Source of the DNA: Candidatus Woesebacteria bacterium
Lineage (GTDB): Bacteria; Patescibacteriota; Microgenomatia; UBA8517
DNA length: 64,000 nucleotides
Assembly (NCBI GenBank): GCA_016700095.1
Contig: CP065002.1
Location: 643,667 to 707,666 of the forward strand
Direction of reading: 5' to 3'
This document shows, piece after piece, positions 1-10,438 of this stretch (position 1 is its first letter; each line of letters starts with the position of its first letter). The notes below the pieces were generated by a model, which ran no database searches, was not told where the DNA came from, and worked only from the letters and a program-made list of their open reading frames with translations. Made by a program: the position numbers and the translations under genes.

Positions 1-2
1 CG

Positions 3-608
3 AAAAAGCTCGACGTTGCATGGGAAAAAATATCAGGTAAAAAAGGTGGATTTCAAAATCGAAATGAGGAGAAAGATTACAAAGACCGGGCTTATAACAT
101 GCTTAAAAGAATAGAAGAGAAACCAGGGCTTATTTTGGAAAAAGCTGTCAAAATTAAAAAAGATCTTCCTCATTATTACTTGGATGAAAGCGAGAATATT
201 ATTCTATGTGGGAAAATAGACTGGTTAAAATGGAACGAGAAAGACGACTCTGTCGATATTGTAGACTTCAAAACCGGGAAAAATGAAGAACATGAGGATT
301 CTTTACAACTACCTATTTATCACCTATTGGTTGCTAATACCCAAGGAAGAAAAGTATCGAGTGCATATTATTGGTATTTGGACAAAGATGGTGAGCCGCT
401 GAAAATGACTCTTCCGCCTCTAATAGAAGCTCGTGAGAAAGTGTTAGACATTGCCAAAAGAATAAAGTTGGGTCGGCAGATTAATCACTTAAAATGTCCA
501 AAGAATGGCTGTTTTGCCTGTCGGGATATGGAGCGAGTATTTTTGGGTGAAGGTGAACTTGTAAATATTAGTGATTATAACCAAGATATCTATATACTCC
601 ATAAATAG
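3..608 (+). CDS. PD-(D/E)XK (RecB-family) nuclease, C-terminal part; the reading frame is open to the window edge, so the 5' end lies outside
   Basis: The frame is open from nt 3. An IVDFKTGK (D/E-x-K) nuclease motif is followed by a C-terminal CPKNGCFAC cysteine cluster, as in Cas4/AddB-type Fe-S nucleases. Confidence 0.5.
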   Translation, partial: KKLDVAWEKISGKKGGFQNRNEEKDYKDRAYNMLKRIEEKPGLILEKAVKIKKDLPHYYLDESENIILCGKIDWLKWNEKDDSVDIVDFKTGKNEEHEDSLQLPIYHLLVANTQGRKVSSAYYWYLDKDGEPLKMTLPPLIEAREKVLDIAKRIKLGRQINHLKCPKNGCFACRDMERVFLGEGELVNISDYNQDIYILHK

Positions 609-767
609 AAGGATTAATTATCGTGAGGAATTTGTAACACATTTCCTAAACTTGAGATGTCGATCTGTATTTTTTCCCAAAAAAGCTAAACGATATACAA
701 CAGTTGTTGGATTAATAACGTTAGTTACCAAGTGGAAAGAAATTATCATCATGCGATGTTACAAGCA

Positions 768-2303
768 TTACTTGCTACACACAATTCTGGGGGAAATCAT
801 TATGAAAAATCGGAATTTTCTAATCTCGAAATGCAGACGGCATGTGGTATTGGAAAGAGGAAAGTAGGCTATTACCATTCCTTGATTACCTGGTGTTGGG
901 GTTGGAGTAGGTGTCGGAGTTAAGCCGATGGTTGGAGTGGGAGTGCTTGGGACGGTTGTTGGAATTGGGGTGGTGGTAAGTGTTGGTGTGGGTGTTGATG
1001 TAATGCCTAAAGTCGGTGTAGGGGTTACATTGTCGGTGCGAGGTTCCAAGGCAGAATTTTTATTTTGTGGATTTGGAATGTTGCGAGTGATAAAGTCATT
1101 GTGATTGTTATTTGTATCATATCTATTCCCCATGTATTCATCTTCCCCGCCTGTCTGCATTGTTTCGACAGTTGAGCCGGCAGAAGCTTTTCTTTCAATA
1201 CTAATGTCCGTGTCGGGTGAATTATATGCTTGAGATTCAAAATCAACAGCCTCTCCCATTCCGACTTTGTCAGATATATTTCCATCAGCGTCAATTAGGA
1301 TTACTGTATTGTTTGAAGCAAGAGATGATGACGTCGAATATTGTTGGTCGGAAGATATCTGGTCATCATAATCATTGTGTGCAATTAAGAAATACCCGTA
1401 TGAATTAATCAGTGAATTTTCCGGTAGTTCAGTAACGAGATTCGATTGTGTACCACTTACGGTCTTTTTAGCGAGTTTCCAGCCGGTTAGATCGATGACA
1501 TTCTGAGTGGGATTGTAGAGTTCCACGAATTCGTCAGTTGCAGTTGTACCGGATATTTGAACTTCAGATATCAACACCACCGACTGGGTAGTTGTTGGTG
1601 TCGGAGATGGTGTGGTCGACACAGATGGTGTTGGTGTAGCGCTAACAGCTTGACTTGCTTCCGTTTGTGAAAGGTTATTTTGCGGTGTCGATATTGTTTT
1701 GACTACGAAATCGGAGACGTTGTTTTCGGAGTCTTCACCATTACCTGAGTGTTCATCTAATCCTCCGGCAGACATCGATTGACTGGTTGAATATGAATTT
1801 GCTTTTCTTTCGATACTACCGAGTGCTTCGGGGTTTGAAACTGCTTGAACCTCGAAGTCAATAGCATTACCCATCCCCACTTTGTCCATCATGGTTACAC
1901 CAGCATCACTATATAAAATGACGGTATTGTTACTTGCAATGGCATTTGATGTTGCCGAATAATTTGAGTCAGCAGTGGTACTTCCCTCATAACTTGCGTG
2001 GGTAATTAGAAAATATCCATTTGCCGGGATTGTTCCTGAAATGTTTGCTATAAGATTGGACTCTGTACCACTTGCTGTTTTGCGAGTTAATCTCCAACCT
2101 TCGAGATTAATTGCACTACCTGTAGGATTATATAGTTCCACAAATTCATCATTGGCGGAATTACCGGAAATTTGTATTTCAGAGATGACAACATGATTTG
2201 ATAATGCGGAATAAACGTTTTGGGGGCTAAACGACTTATATAAATAAAAAGCCGTTGTTAACACAACAAAAAGAATCGCGTAATGTAGTTGTCTCTTTGG
2301 CAT
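768..2303 (-). CDS. Secreted or membrane-anchored protein with two lamin-tail-domain (LTD) repeats and Pro/Thr-rich linkers
   Basis: An N-terminal hydrophobic segment is followed by two copies of VVISEIQISG..DEFVELYNPT...L.GW.L (LTD signature). Long TPTPS runs separate the domains. Confidence 0.6.
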   Translation of the reverse strand: MPKRQLHYAILFVVLTTAFYLYKSFSPQNVYSALSNHVVISEIQISGNSANDEFVELYNPTGSAINLEGWRLTRKTASGTESNLIANISGTIPANGYFLITHASYEGSTTADSNYSATSNAIASNNTVILYSDAGVTMMDKVGMGNAIDFEVQAVSNPEALGSIERKANSYSTSQSMSAGGLDEHSGNGEDSENNVSDFVVKTISTPQNNLSQTEASQAVSATPTPSVSTTPSPTPTTTQSVVLISEVQISGTTATDEFVELYNPTQNVIDLTGWKLAKKTVSGTQSNLVTELPENSLINSYGYFLIAHNDYDDQISSDQQYSTSSSLASNNTVILIDADGNISDKVGMGEAVDFESQAYNSPDTDISIERKASAGSTVETMQTGGEDEYMGNRYDTNNNHNDFITRNIPNPQNKNSALEPRTDNVTPTPTLGITSTPTPTLTTTPIPTTVPSTPTPTIGLTPTPTPTPTPGNQGMVIAYFPLSNTTCRLHFEIRKFRFFIMISPRIVCSK

Positions 2304-2525
2304 AGACGAAATACTATTGAGGACATCTTAAAAATAAAATTACTCGTTTGTCAAGACCATCAAAATAGCAAAAAATATATCATAGATAGTCAATTTTAAG
2401 ACATAAAAAAATAAAGTATATTTTGAAATATACTGTTGTTTTGCAAATAATCCCTATTGACTTTGGATTATCTTCGGTAGTATAAATAAGATAATATTTC
2501 GTATAATATTCGGGTATCATAATCT

Positions 2526-2774
2526 ATGAAAATAAAAGAATCGGTTTCTGTAAGTTTTGCATACGACAGTGAAAAACAACAAGTTTTTCCCAGGTGGGTA
2601 ATTTGGAAAGGCAAACTTCGCCCCGTGACAAAGGTCGGTTTACATCACACCTTTCGTGAGGGTAGAACCCTTTATCATGTATTTTCCGTGGTAAGTAAAG
2701 GTGCTTATTTAAGGCTTATTTTAGATACCGACAGTCTTTCTTGGAAGTTGGAAGAAATAGCTGAAAGAAACTAA
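2526..2774 (+). CDS. Small hypothetical protein (82 aa), translationally coupled to the downstream Y-family polymerase gene
   Basis: Its stop overlaps the polymerase start as TAATG at 2772-2774. No recognisable domain. Confidence 0.4.
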   Translation: MKIKESVSVSFAYDSEKQQVFPRWVIWKGKLRPVTKVGLHHTFREGRTLYHVFSVVSKGAYLRLILDTDSLSWKLEEIAERN

Positions 2775-4033
2775 TGCATTTAAGTAAGAATAGTTTTTCC
2801 TCTCTTGGTTTTAATCCCCGTCCTTCGACTGTTATGCATATAGATCTTAATTCATGTTTTGCGACAATCGAACAACAGGCTAACCCATTTTTAAGAGGAA
2901 AACCGATTGCCGTTGCCGCCTATGCCAGTCCGAACGCTGTAATTTTGGCTCCTTCGGTCGAAGCAAAAAGGGGTGGAGTAAAAACGGGTATGCGTGTCAA
3001 AGATGGAAAAAAGATTTGTCCCACCCTCAAAATATTAACTCCGGATCCGGACAAATATCGTTATGTACACATAAAACTAAGGGAACTACTTTCTCCATAT
3101 TCAAGTTGTGTGGTAGCGAAGTCGATTGACGAATTTGTCCTAGACATTAATGATTATGTCACCGTTTCGGGTAAAACTATTTACCAAATTGGTGGCGATA
3201 TAAAAAAGAGGATAACAGACGAAATTGGTGAATGGATCACCGTTTCTATTGGTATGGGACCAAGTAGGTTTATTGCAAAGATGGCATCCAATTTGAAAAA
3301 GCCCGATGGATTGGAAGAAATAAACAAAGACAATGTGGAAGAAGTTTATTCTAAACTCAGTTTGATAGATCTACACGGTATAAATTACCACAATAAAGTA
3401 AGGTTGAACAAAGTAGGTATATACTCGGTACTCGATTTTTACAGGGCCGAACCGGCTTGGTTGAAAGCAGCGTTTATGTCAATTTCTTGTTACTATTGGT
3501 ATCTTAGGTTGAGAGGTTGGGATATCGATGATGTCGAATATTCAAGAAAAACCTTTGGTAATTCTTATGCACTTCCCGGTTCAAAAGGAACAAAGAGTGA
3601 ATTGTTGCCGATACTTCAAAAGTTGGTAGAGAAAACAGGCAGCCGTTTGAGGAAAAACGGATATAGAACAAAAGGAGTATATTTGGCACTGCTTTTTAAA
3701 GACGGAAGTTATTGGCATCGGAGTAAAAATCTAAAAAAAATTATTTTTGACTCCCGCGATATTTATAAAGAGATGATAAATATTTTGAATTACTGTCCGG
3801 AAATAAAGCCGGTTAGAATCATAGCCGAAAATGTATATGATTTAATTAAAGAAAGTGGTTTGCAGTTGGATTTATTTCGCGACATTGAAAAAGGTCTAAA
3901 CGTGGCTAAGTCGATCGATTCAATCAATCAAAGATGGGGCGAATTTAGCATTACTCCATTGCGTATGGTGATAGCCCGCGACAAAATACCTGACAGGATA
4001 TCTTTTGGTGGAATAAGTGAATTGATGAAGTAA
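2774..4033 (+). CDS. Y-family DNA polymerase (UmuC/DinB-like translesion polymerase)
   Basis: MHIDLNSCFATIEQ matches the DMDAFFASVE palm motif, and SIGMGPSRFIAKMAS is present. The C-terminus resembles a UmuC-type DUF4113 tail. The true start may be the Met at about 2834. Confidence 0.8.
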   Translation: MHLSKNSFSSLGFNPRPSTVMHIDLNSCFATIEQQANPFLRGKPIAVAAYASPNAVILAPSVEAKRGGVKTGMRVKDGKKICPTLKILTPDPDKYRYVHIKLRELLSPYSSCVVAKSIDEFVLDINDYVTVSGKTIYQIGGDIKKRITDEIGEWITVSIGMGPSRFIAKMASNLKKPDGLEEINKDNVEEVYSKLSLIDLHGINYHNKVRLNKVGIYSVLDFYRAEPAWLKAAFMSISCYYWYLRLRGWDIDDVEYSRKTFGNSYALPGSKGTKSELLPILQKLVEKTGSRLRKNGYRTKGVYLALLFKDGSYWHRSKNLKKIIFDSRDIYKEMINILNYCPEIKPVRIIAENVYDLIKESGLQLDLFRDIEKGLNVAKSIDSINQRWGEFSITPLRMVIARDKIPDRISFGGISELMK

Positions 4034-4071
4034 GAAAACAAGCGCTAGAACTTCTATGATTGTTATTAAAA

Positions 4072-4575
4072 TTAATTCTCCAATTTATATTTGACTAAAT
4101 CTCCGACACGAATGTTGTGAATGTCGCTAAAACCAGCGTTAACTTCCAGAATGGTATCGGCTGGATGACCGGGTTTATAAAGAGGTAGATTAGTGGTGTC
4201 TCCCGGATTCGGATTTGAGATATTTTTTGAAATATCAACTATTGTACTGTCATTTATCCAGATAATATCAAGAGGAAATTTCATATCCTTCATCCAAAAT
4301 ATGGGATACCGATTACCTTTGTCAAATATAAATAACATACCATGGTTTGTGGCCAGTACTTCCCTTCCCGACAATCCTCTTTGTATTGCTTCTTCGGTTT
4401 TTGCTACTTCGACAGTAATGGCAACACCGTTAATTTCTATTTCGGTTAGAGTGCGCTTGCTTTCATTGACCGCTGTTTGGTAATTTATAATATTGTGAAG
4501 ATAGTGGTTATCTTTGAAGATATATAAAAATACTAAAGATGCGACTATACATGCCAATATGAAATATTTATTCAT
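4072..4575 (-). CDS. DUF192 domain protein with signal anchor
   Basis: An N-terminal TM segment is followed by GMLFIF and MKDMKFPLDIIWIN, typical of DUF192/COG1430. Confidence 0.6.
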   Translation of the reverse strand: MNKYFILACIVASLVFLYIFKDNHYLHNIINYQTAVNESKRTLTEIEINGVAITVEVAKTEEAIQRGLSGREVLATNHGMLFIFDKGNRYPIFWMKDMKFPLDIIWINDSTIVDISKNISNPNPGDTTNLPLYKPGHPADTILEVNAGFSDIHNIRVGDLVKYKLEN

Positions 4576-4854
4576 TTAAAGAGTGGGTTCACCTAACTCT
4601 TCTTCTATATTTCTAATTTCTTCTTTGTTTATTGTAGGCGTAATAGAAGTAAAGGTTTGTTCGTTTATTTGCTGAGGAGTATTTTCGGTAGAAATAATTT
4701 GCTTGGTTTGTCGGGTGTGAGTATAAAAAACCATGGCGACAACAACAAACAAGACAATCGGAATCAAAATATAGAGTATCTTGAAATCAAATACCTCCTT
4801 GTGTTCGTATTTATGATTTAAATTAGGCATTGAAGAATTAATTAATACTAACAC
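4576..4854 (-). CDS. Small single-pass membrane protein, hypothetical
   Basis: A central hydrophobic helix. It abuts the DUF192 gene. Confidence 0.35.
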   Translation of the reverse strand: MLVLINSSMPNLNHKYEHKEVFDFKILYILIPIVLFVVVAMVFYTHTRQTKQIISTENTPQQINEQTFTSITPTINKEEIRNIEEELGEPTL

Positions 4855-4937
4855 TTATGTATTGGATGCATCAATATAAAAATTGCAAAATAAAAGAAAT
4901 GTTATTGTGAATCGATAGTCTAAAGATAAAACTCAAG

Positions 4938-5021
4938 TGCCGAGGAGAGGACTCGAACCTCCACGAGATAAATCTCACAGGATCCTAAATCCTGCGCGTC
5001 TGCCAATTCCGCCACCCCGGC
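4938..5021 (-). tRNA. tRNA-Leu (anticodon UAG), type II with long variable arm
   Basis: Manual cloverleaf: acceptor GCCGGGG, anticodon loop UU-UAG-GA, T-arm GGAGGTTCGAGTCCTCT. Confidence 0.8.
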
Positions 5022-5161
5022 AAAGTGTCTTAGAACAAAACAATTATACTATTTTTATTCTACCCTACAAAAACTTATATGTATGATTGCAATACCAAGA
5101 GCAAGGATAATTTAAAAATAGCCTAACCCTGTGAGGCATATTTTTAGCGTTAAACAGATAT

Positions 5162-5677
5162 TTAAAGTGAAAAATTTAATGGACTTTCGTCTATTTGTTT
5201 GATGAAGTAGCCCACATTGTACGCCCATGTTTGGGAAGGAGGCGCGTAAATACGGCCGATCTGATGAACGGTAAGTGCGTTTTTATCAATATATTTTACG
5301 CGAAGAGTATTTGCCACTATACTAATTGACTGTTCCCAAGAATCAAACTTGTATTTTCCTCCTGCCCAACCATACGCATTGTGTGAGTTTGGAGGAATAC
5401 GTTTACCAAAACCGGATTCAACACCGGTTATAGCGGGAATAAGACGCCAATCCAAGCCATTGCGGTCTGCTTCAAAAATTAATTCATCAGTGTACAAAGC
5501 CAGAGGTGAGTTTTTACTTTCAAGGTAGTTTTTCAAGACAGTCGTTCGATAGTCATTATGGGTAACAGTTGTCTTTTTGAGATAGGCAGAATTTCCGGCC
5601 ACCAACAATTCCCCCGCATAAACAGATTTAATACTAAAGAAAAATAATATCGCCAATAGTAAAATACTTAATCTCAT
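5162..5677 (-). CDS. Secreted glucosaminidase/lysozyme-like domain protein (paralog of 6976..7608)
   Basis: Signal peptide. NSPL...DWRLIPAITGVESGFGK...AYGW resembles the Glucosaminidase (FlgJ/Mur-like) fold. Confidence 0.45.
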   Translation of the reverse strand: MRLSILLLAILFFFSIKSVYAGELLVAGNSAYLKKTTVTHNDYRTTVLKNYLESKNSPLALYTDELIFEADRNGLDWRLIPAITGVESGFGKRIPPNSHNAYGWAGGKYKFDSWEQSISIVANTLRVKYIDKNALTVHQIGRIYAPPSQTWAYNVGYFIKQIDESPLNFSL

Positions 5678-5987
5678 ATACTTATAAATTCAACCGTTAC
5701 CAGCTTTATTCCTAGCTAATGTGATCTAGAGAAAATTAGTTTAAACTTCAAACAAATTCACACCTACCTAGTCATTCATCTGTTTTAAGGTTTATGAATG
5801 GCCACAAAAAAGAAGACCCCATACCAAGGTATGGGGTCATATAAAATTCCAACGCTCACAACCGAATAAACGGAGTTTGCCTCAGAACGTATTGTTAATA
5901 TAGCACTTTATTATAGGATTGTCAATAAGGCAGTAGAATTACAAAGCAAGCACGCTAAATATACAAAGAAGGATAATAAATAATGTG

Positions 5988-6749
5988 TTACAGAGATCCC
6001 TTTTTACGAGCCAAAATGAAAACCGATGGTCCGAGACTGAATTTGGAAAAAGGTTTTCTCAGTAGTTTTTCAATTTCAATCAAATTATTGACTGACATAT
6101 GTTTTTTCAAAAATGCGCTTCTGATATTTGACACCGACAATACTTCCTTAATTACAAAACCATTTTGCACAAGTTTTCTTTTTATGACGTCAGGGTGGTA
6201 ATTGACGAAAGGTAAGGTGTGTTGTTTTTTAGCACGCTTGCTTCTTAAATCAATCGGAAATATATCAAGTGCAAAAGTGAAGTTACCCTGGATAAATTCA
6301 GAAAATATAGCTTTAAGATGGCGTTTATTGGCAAACTCGAAAATAAAATAACCATTATTTACCAGTAAGTCGTTGGTTATTTTTAGAAGCGTATCGATAT
6401 CGTTAATGTGGTGAGCAACGCGTACACATATAACTAAATCCGCCGATTTTTTTCGTAATTTGTCGGGAAGGGTCTCCGCCTTAGCTTGTAAAAAGATTAC
6501 TTTTTTGTTGGGTAATTTGAGTCGGGCGATTTTAAGGAGTTTACTGGAAGGGTCGGTGAGAATTATTTTTCGAGCTCTGTGGATATATAGGGGTGACAAC
6601 CTGCCATAACCCGCACCGATGTCGATGACGGTGCGTATATGTGCAATCTTATTTAGCAAATATTTAATCGCACTAACTTCCGCTTCGTGTTCATAAGTTC
6701 TTCCTTCCCAATAAGATGGGTAGTCGTAACTGTCGTAATGAGCTGACAT
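5988..6749 (-). CDS. Class I SAM-dependent methyltransferase
   Basis: VIDIGAGYGRLS (motif I) and a Rossmann-fold layout. Confidence 0.75.
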   Translation of the reverse strand: MSAHYDSYDYPSYWEGRTYEHEAEVSAIKYLLNKIAHIRTVIDIGAGYGRLSPLYIHRARKIILTDPSSKLLKIARLKLPNKKVIFLQAKAETLPDKLRKKSADLVICVRVAHHINDIDTLLKITNDLLVNNGYFIFEFANKRHLKAIFSEFIQGNFTFALDIFPIDLRSKRAKKQHTLPFVNYHPDVIKRKLVQNGFVIKEVLSVSNIRSAFLKKHMSVNNLIEIEKLLRKPFSKFSLGPSVFILARKKGSL

Positions 6750-6975
6750 TGTTTATTTTGATGGAATATTAGTTGTCTATATACTTCCAAGCTTAAATTT
6801 TATCATGCTTAAGTTGGTAATTACTAATTTCGTGCCAATTAAGATCATTGGGAATAGAATTTGGTTAACTTTCAGTATCCTTTTGGATTGTGAGAATGTT
6901 GTCGAAAAGCCCATGCTACCTAAGGTTAAACACAAAAAGTTTATGTAAGGCAGGAAACATTAAGGAACTATAAAA

Positions 6976-7608
6976 CTAATAAATTTCTTCGATAAAACGA
7001 GAAACATCCTTTGCCCAAACACCTTCGGGTGAATGTGGGGTGTACCGTGACATGATTTCTTCGGGTGTAACTAAGCCCTTATCGAGATAATTTTCTTTTA
7101 GTCCCTTGGCGACTGTTTCGATTGATTCGTCGTAAGAGTCGAAGCCTAGCGTTCCTTCACTGTGTATCCCCCATCCCCAACAGTTATGACCACCAGGTGG
7201 AATTATCCTACAAAGTCCGGATTCTTTTTTGGCAATGGCAATAAGAAGTCGGTAATCCAAATTATATTTATCTGCAGTTTTGACAAGCAATGACGAGTAC
7301 TCCATCAATGGTGAATTGTTAGCCTGCAAATACTGTTTGAGCATCTCACTTCGTGCGTCAGCTCCTAGTATTTCTCCGGAAACACTTGGAAAATTTGAGG
7401 GTAGAGATGCATAAACTTGGACACCGGAATTGGCTTGATGGTTAGAAAGCGGAGCGTTCTCGGTAGTATTGTTTTTTGGTTCTTCAATTGCCAAAAGAGA
7501 AACTAAGCTTGTACCAAGGGCTATTGGAGTAAACACAAAAAACAGAAATATAAATGTAAATTTTCTCCAAATTGAGAATGTGTGTATAGTGGCAGACGTG
7601 TCTTGCAT
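6976..7608 (-). CDS. Secreted glucosaminidase/lysozyme-like domain protein (paralog of 5162..5677)
   Basis: Shares NSPL..Y......KYNLDYRLLIAIAKKESG..R with the 5162 product. N-terminal TM/signal. Confidence 0.45.
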   Translation of the reverse strand: MQDTSATIHTFSIWRKFTFIFLFFVFTPIALGTSLVSLLAIEEPKNNTTENAPLSNHQANSGVQVYASLPSNFPSVSGEILGADARSEMLKQYLQANNSPLMEYSSLLVKTADKYNLDYRLLIAIAKKESGLCRIIPPGGHNCWGWGIHSEGTLGFDSYDESIETVAKGLKENYLDKGLVTPEEIMSRYTPHSPEGVWAKDVSRFIEEIY

Positions 7609-7880
7609 GTGCCTTTATAGTATTAATGATCAGAATGACATAGACCCAAACTAAAGTCAAGAAAAAAATAAATGAGTGAATTTGATTGCTATAAATTTAA
7701 GGATATAATCGATTCAGAAGATTATATATTCCGTGTAAGTAAACTCAATTCTATAAGTTGGTTATTGTTTTTTTACACCTTCTAATATATGGGTAATTTA
7801 ATATTAAGGATGAAGTTATTCATGTTAAGATCAAAAAACATATCTCAACCATAGGAGTAGATATGATGAATTTAGTCTTC

Positions 7881-8144
7881 TTAAAAATTATATTTTAGTC
7901 TGAATACGTTGTACGGCCAAATAAGAACGTGTTTCCAAAAGTTTAACCTTCCAATATCTGAATAGTCATAATTAATTTTGTTCCAATGTGGTGAACAAGC
8001 GTCACATAAGGCTCCTTTCGGACAATCCCTCAAACAGTTATCAAATTCATATGAAGGATAATTCAAAACTCTAAAGTACCCGACACAAAGGTAGATTGAA
8101 ATTATAAATATAAAAAGAAGTGAAATTTTCAAAGCTTTACTCAT
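7881..8144 (-). CDS. Small secreted Cys-rich hypothetical protein
   Basis: Signal-like N-terminus and 5 Cys in 87 aa. Confidence 0.3.
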   Translation of the reverse strand: MSKALKISLLFIFIISIYLCVGYFRVLNYPSYEFDNCLRDCPKGALCDACSPHWNKINYDYSDIGRLNFWKHVLIWPYNVFRLKYNF

Positions 8145-8272
8145 AGATCAAGTATAGCAATAATTCTATATAGTGTCGGATTATTTTAAATTCTAAATCC
8201 ATTCGCTACACAAAGAATACATTCAATACTTGTGTGTCCATCGAAACTGTAAACGGCGCGAATGGATATGAG

Positions 8273-8357
8273 CGGTGGGTACAGGATTCGAACCTGTGTA
8301 GCCATAAATGACTCTGGTTTTCAAGACCAGTGCGTTTGTCCGCTCCGCCAACCCACC
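8273..8357 (-). tRNA. tRNA-Ser (anticodon UGA), type II
   Basis: Acceptor GGTGGGT/ACCCACC, anticodon loop CU-UGA-AA, long variable arm, T-loop TTCGAAT. Confidence 0.75.
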
Positions 8358-8362
8358 GTGTG

Positions 8363-8434
8363 TGCGCCCAGGGGGATTCGAACCCACGACCTGCCGGTTA
8401 AGAGCCGGATGCTCTACCACTGAGCTATGGGCGC
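8363..8434 (-). tRNA. tRNA-Lys (anticodon CUU)
   Basis: GCGCCCATAGCTCAGTGGTAGAGC... with anticodon loop CU-CUU-AA and GGTTCGAATCC T-arm. One mismatch each in the anticodon and T stems. Confidence 0.75.
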
Positions 8435-8503
8435 AAATACCTTTATGCTTAGGTATTTTAGCACAAATTAAAACTGAGGGTGTTTGCCTGGAGCCTTTAT
8501 ATA

Positions 8504-9607
8504 TTAAGCAGTCCAAAAACTATGCCACAAATTGTAAACTGATCTTACAACCGTTTCTAAAGTAGCGTGTGGCTTAGTGATTTCTTTATCTACAAGTATT
8601 GGTTGACCCTGTACTTTGTTTAGATTTTTAATATCAAAATAAAATTGATGATACTTACCACTTGTGTCTTTCCAGGAGAATTGAGTAAACGGTTTTCCGG
8701 GATAGTTTAGAATAAACGGGGTAATGGCGACAATATTGTCATCGATCCAAATATCACGATAGGCTTTGATTAAATTTTCAGATACGATTTTTTCATCTAA
8801 GCCGATTCCACTTTCGCTATTGTGAGCCCACCCTGTTTCTGTAATGAAAATAGGTAATTTTTTTTGTAATCCCAATTTTTTTAATACATCAATTTCCCAT
8901 GCGTACGTTTTTATCGACCCCCTGCCGGTCTTGTCGACGGAACCGGAAAATCCGGGGTTTGGGTACGAATGTGAAGTCCAACCGTCAATGTAATCAAAAA
9001 GATCGGTTTGGTGAATAAGCATTCTTTCGAGAAATTTTTCTTCATCCATGTGTGTTAAATCATTTGGTGCCGACGCATCGAGTCCTGCAGGTAGAATGTA
9101 AAAGTCACTTGATTTAAGTTTTAGAGCACGGGATTGTTCGACGAGAAAATCCGCATATTCTTCGGGGTTTACTTCTCCACCCCATTCTGTTGCATGATTT
9201 GGTTCGTTGCCGATAATTACATAACGATTTTGCGTTACCCATGGAAGAGCATCCAGAAAATCAGCCCAGACGCTTGTACCGGAAACAGAAGCTTGAATCC
9301 ACCCCATATCGCTTTGTGATGTGGCAATTCGCACAATCGGAATGAGATGGAGTTCGCGCATCTTCTCAAATGCTCTTGACCAGCGGACAACATCCATTTC
9401 ATCTTCTCGAATAACAAACGTCACATATCCCCAATCGCCACCCCGGGAATTAACTAATTGAGATGCATCTTGCAGATCGTTCTCGTCATTGATGTGAATA
9501 CCGTATTTATTGTTTATGGCATTGGTTGGATCACTAATTGCCAAAGCATGACCCGGTAGCACGATAAATAAAAACAAGATAAGAATTAATTTACTAAAAT
9601 TTTTCAT
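8504..9607 (-). CDS. Secreted TIM-barrel glycoside hydrolase (GH5-like)
   Basis: Signal peptide. NEPN and ITETGW motifs resemble the GH5 catalytic acid and nucleophile regions. Confidence 0.5.
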   Translation of the reverse strand: MKNFSKLILILFLFIVLPGHALAISDPTNAINNKYGIHINDENDLQDASQLVNSRGGDWGYVTFVIREDEMDVVRWSRAFEKMRELHLIPIVRIATSQSDMGWIQASVSGTSVWADFLDALPWVTQNRYVIIGNEPNHATEWGGEVNPEEYADFLVEQSRALKLKSSDFYILPAGLDASAPNDLTHMDEEKFLERMLIHQTDLFDYIDGWTSHSYPNPGFSGSVDKTGRGSIKTYAWEIDVLKKLGLQKKLPIFITETGWAHNSESGIGLDEKIVSENLIKAYRDIWIDDNIVAITPFILNYPGKPFTQFSWKDTSGKYHQFYFDIKNLNKVQGQPILVDKEITKPHATLETVVRSVYNLWHSFWTA

Positions 9608-9823
9608 TTAAAAAACCACAGTCATAAGTTAACCACATACCGTGTAGTATTGTTATAGCTAATTATATCAGTGGGGTGTTAACGATGATTTATTTTCTCT
9701 TTTTGGCAAATACATACGATTTATTGCGTGGATGAAGAGTTGATGGTAAGTAGTATTTGCGCCGAAGGTGTAAAACTTGCCATAAACGTTAGTTCACAAG
9801 TTGCAAAGTTACAGCTAAATATG

Positions 9824-9895
9824 TGCTCCCGCGAGGAATCGAACCTCGAATTAACCCTTAGAAGGGGTTTGTTATATCCGTTTAACTACGGGAGC
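9824..9895 (-). tRNA. tRNA-Arg (anticodon UCU)
   Basis: GCTCCCGTAGTTAAACGG..., anticodon loop CU-UCU-AA, T-arm GAGGTTCGATTCCTC. Confidence 0.8.
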
Positions 9896-9947
9896 AAAAT
9901 AATGTCTAATTTTACATCTTTGAGCTGAAAATGTCATTTGGGAGATA

Positions 9948-10250
9948 TTATTTGACACAACCTAATATCCACTTCTCGAAACTGGAATTTACGTTTGTTA
10001 CACCTAACTCGCCTATAAAATTATCATAAGAAATATTTTCTCTAATTATTTTTTCGATTACTGCAAATTTATTATCAAGAGTTTTTATTATCAAAACGAC
10101 TTCAGGCTCTTCGGTAATTCTTCCGTCGTATTTGTAAATACAAGTTATGGGAAAAAAGTTTACACAATTTGTCAGGTTGTTAGAAAGCAGTAATTTGCCG
10201 ATCTTTTTGGCTTCATTGGAATTATTTAGCGTTGTATAAATAATTTTCAT
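9948..10250 (-). CDS. cutA: Divalent-cation tolerance protein CutA
   Basis: A 100-aa protein beginning MKIIYTT..N..EAKKIGK.LL...L..CVNFFP, the CutA1 signature. Confidence 0.7.
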   Translation of the reverse strand: MKIIYTTLNNSNEAKKIGKLLLSNNLTNCVNFFPITCIYKYDGRITEEPEVVLIIKTLDNKFAVIEKIIRENISYDNFIGELGVTNVNSSFEKWILGCVK

Positions 10251-10438
10251 AGTGATTAAGTGAATTATATTTTAATACATTGATTGTTTGAAGTGCGTAA
10301 TTTAACTGAAGATGGAAAATTTATGAGTTGCAAAAAATACGTCTGTCAATTTTTAGTATATAAAAAATAAACCCAAGTGTATGTTAATTTGCCAAAGTAC
10401 ATTAATTTCAAATTAAAGAAAGTGTAGTTTGGAAACTC

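Noticed and set aside
571-923. ORFs 571..867(+) and 732..923(+)
   Set aside because: They are antisense to and overlap the LTD protein gene, and have no features.
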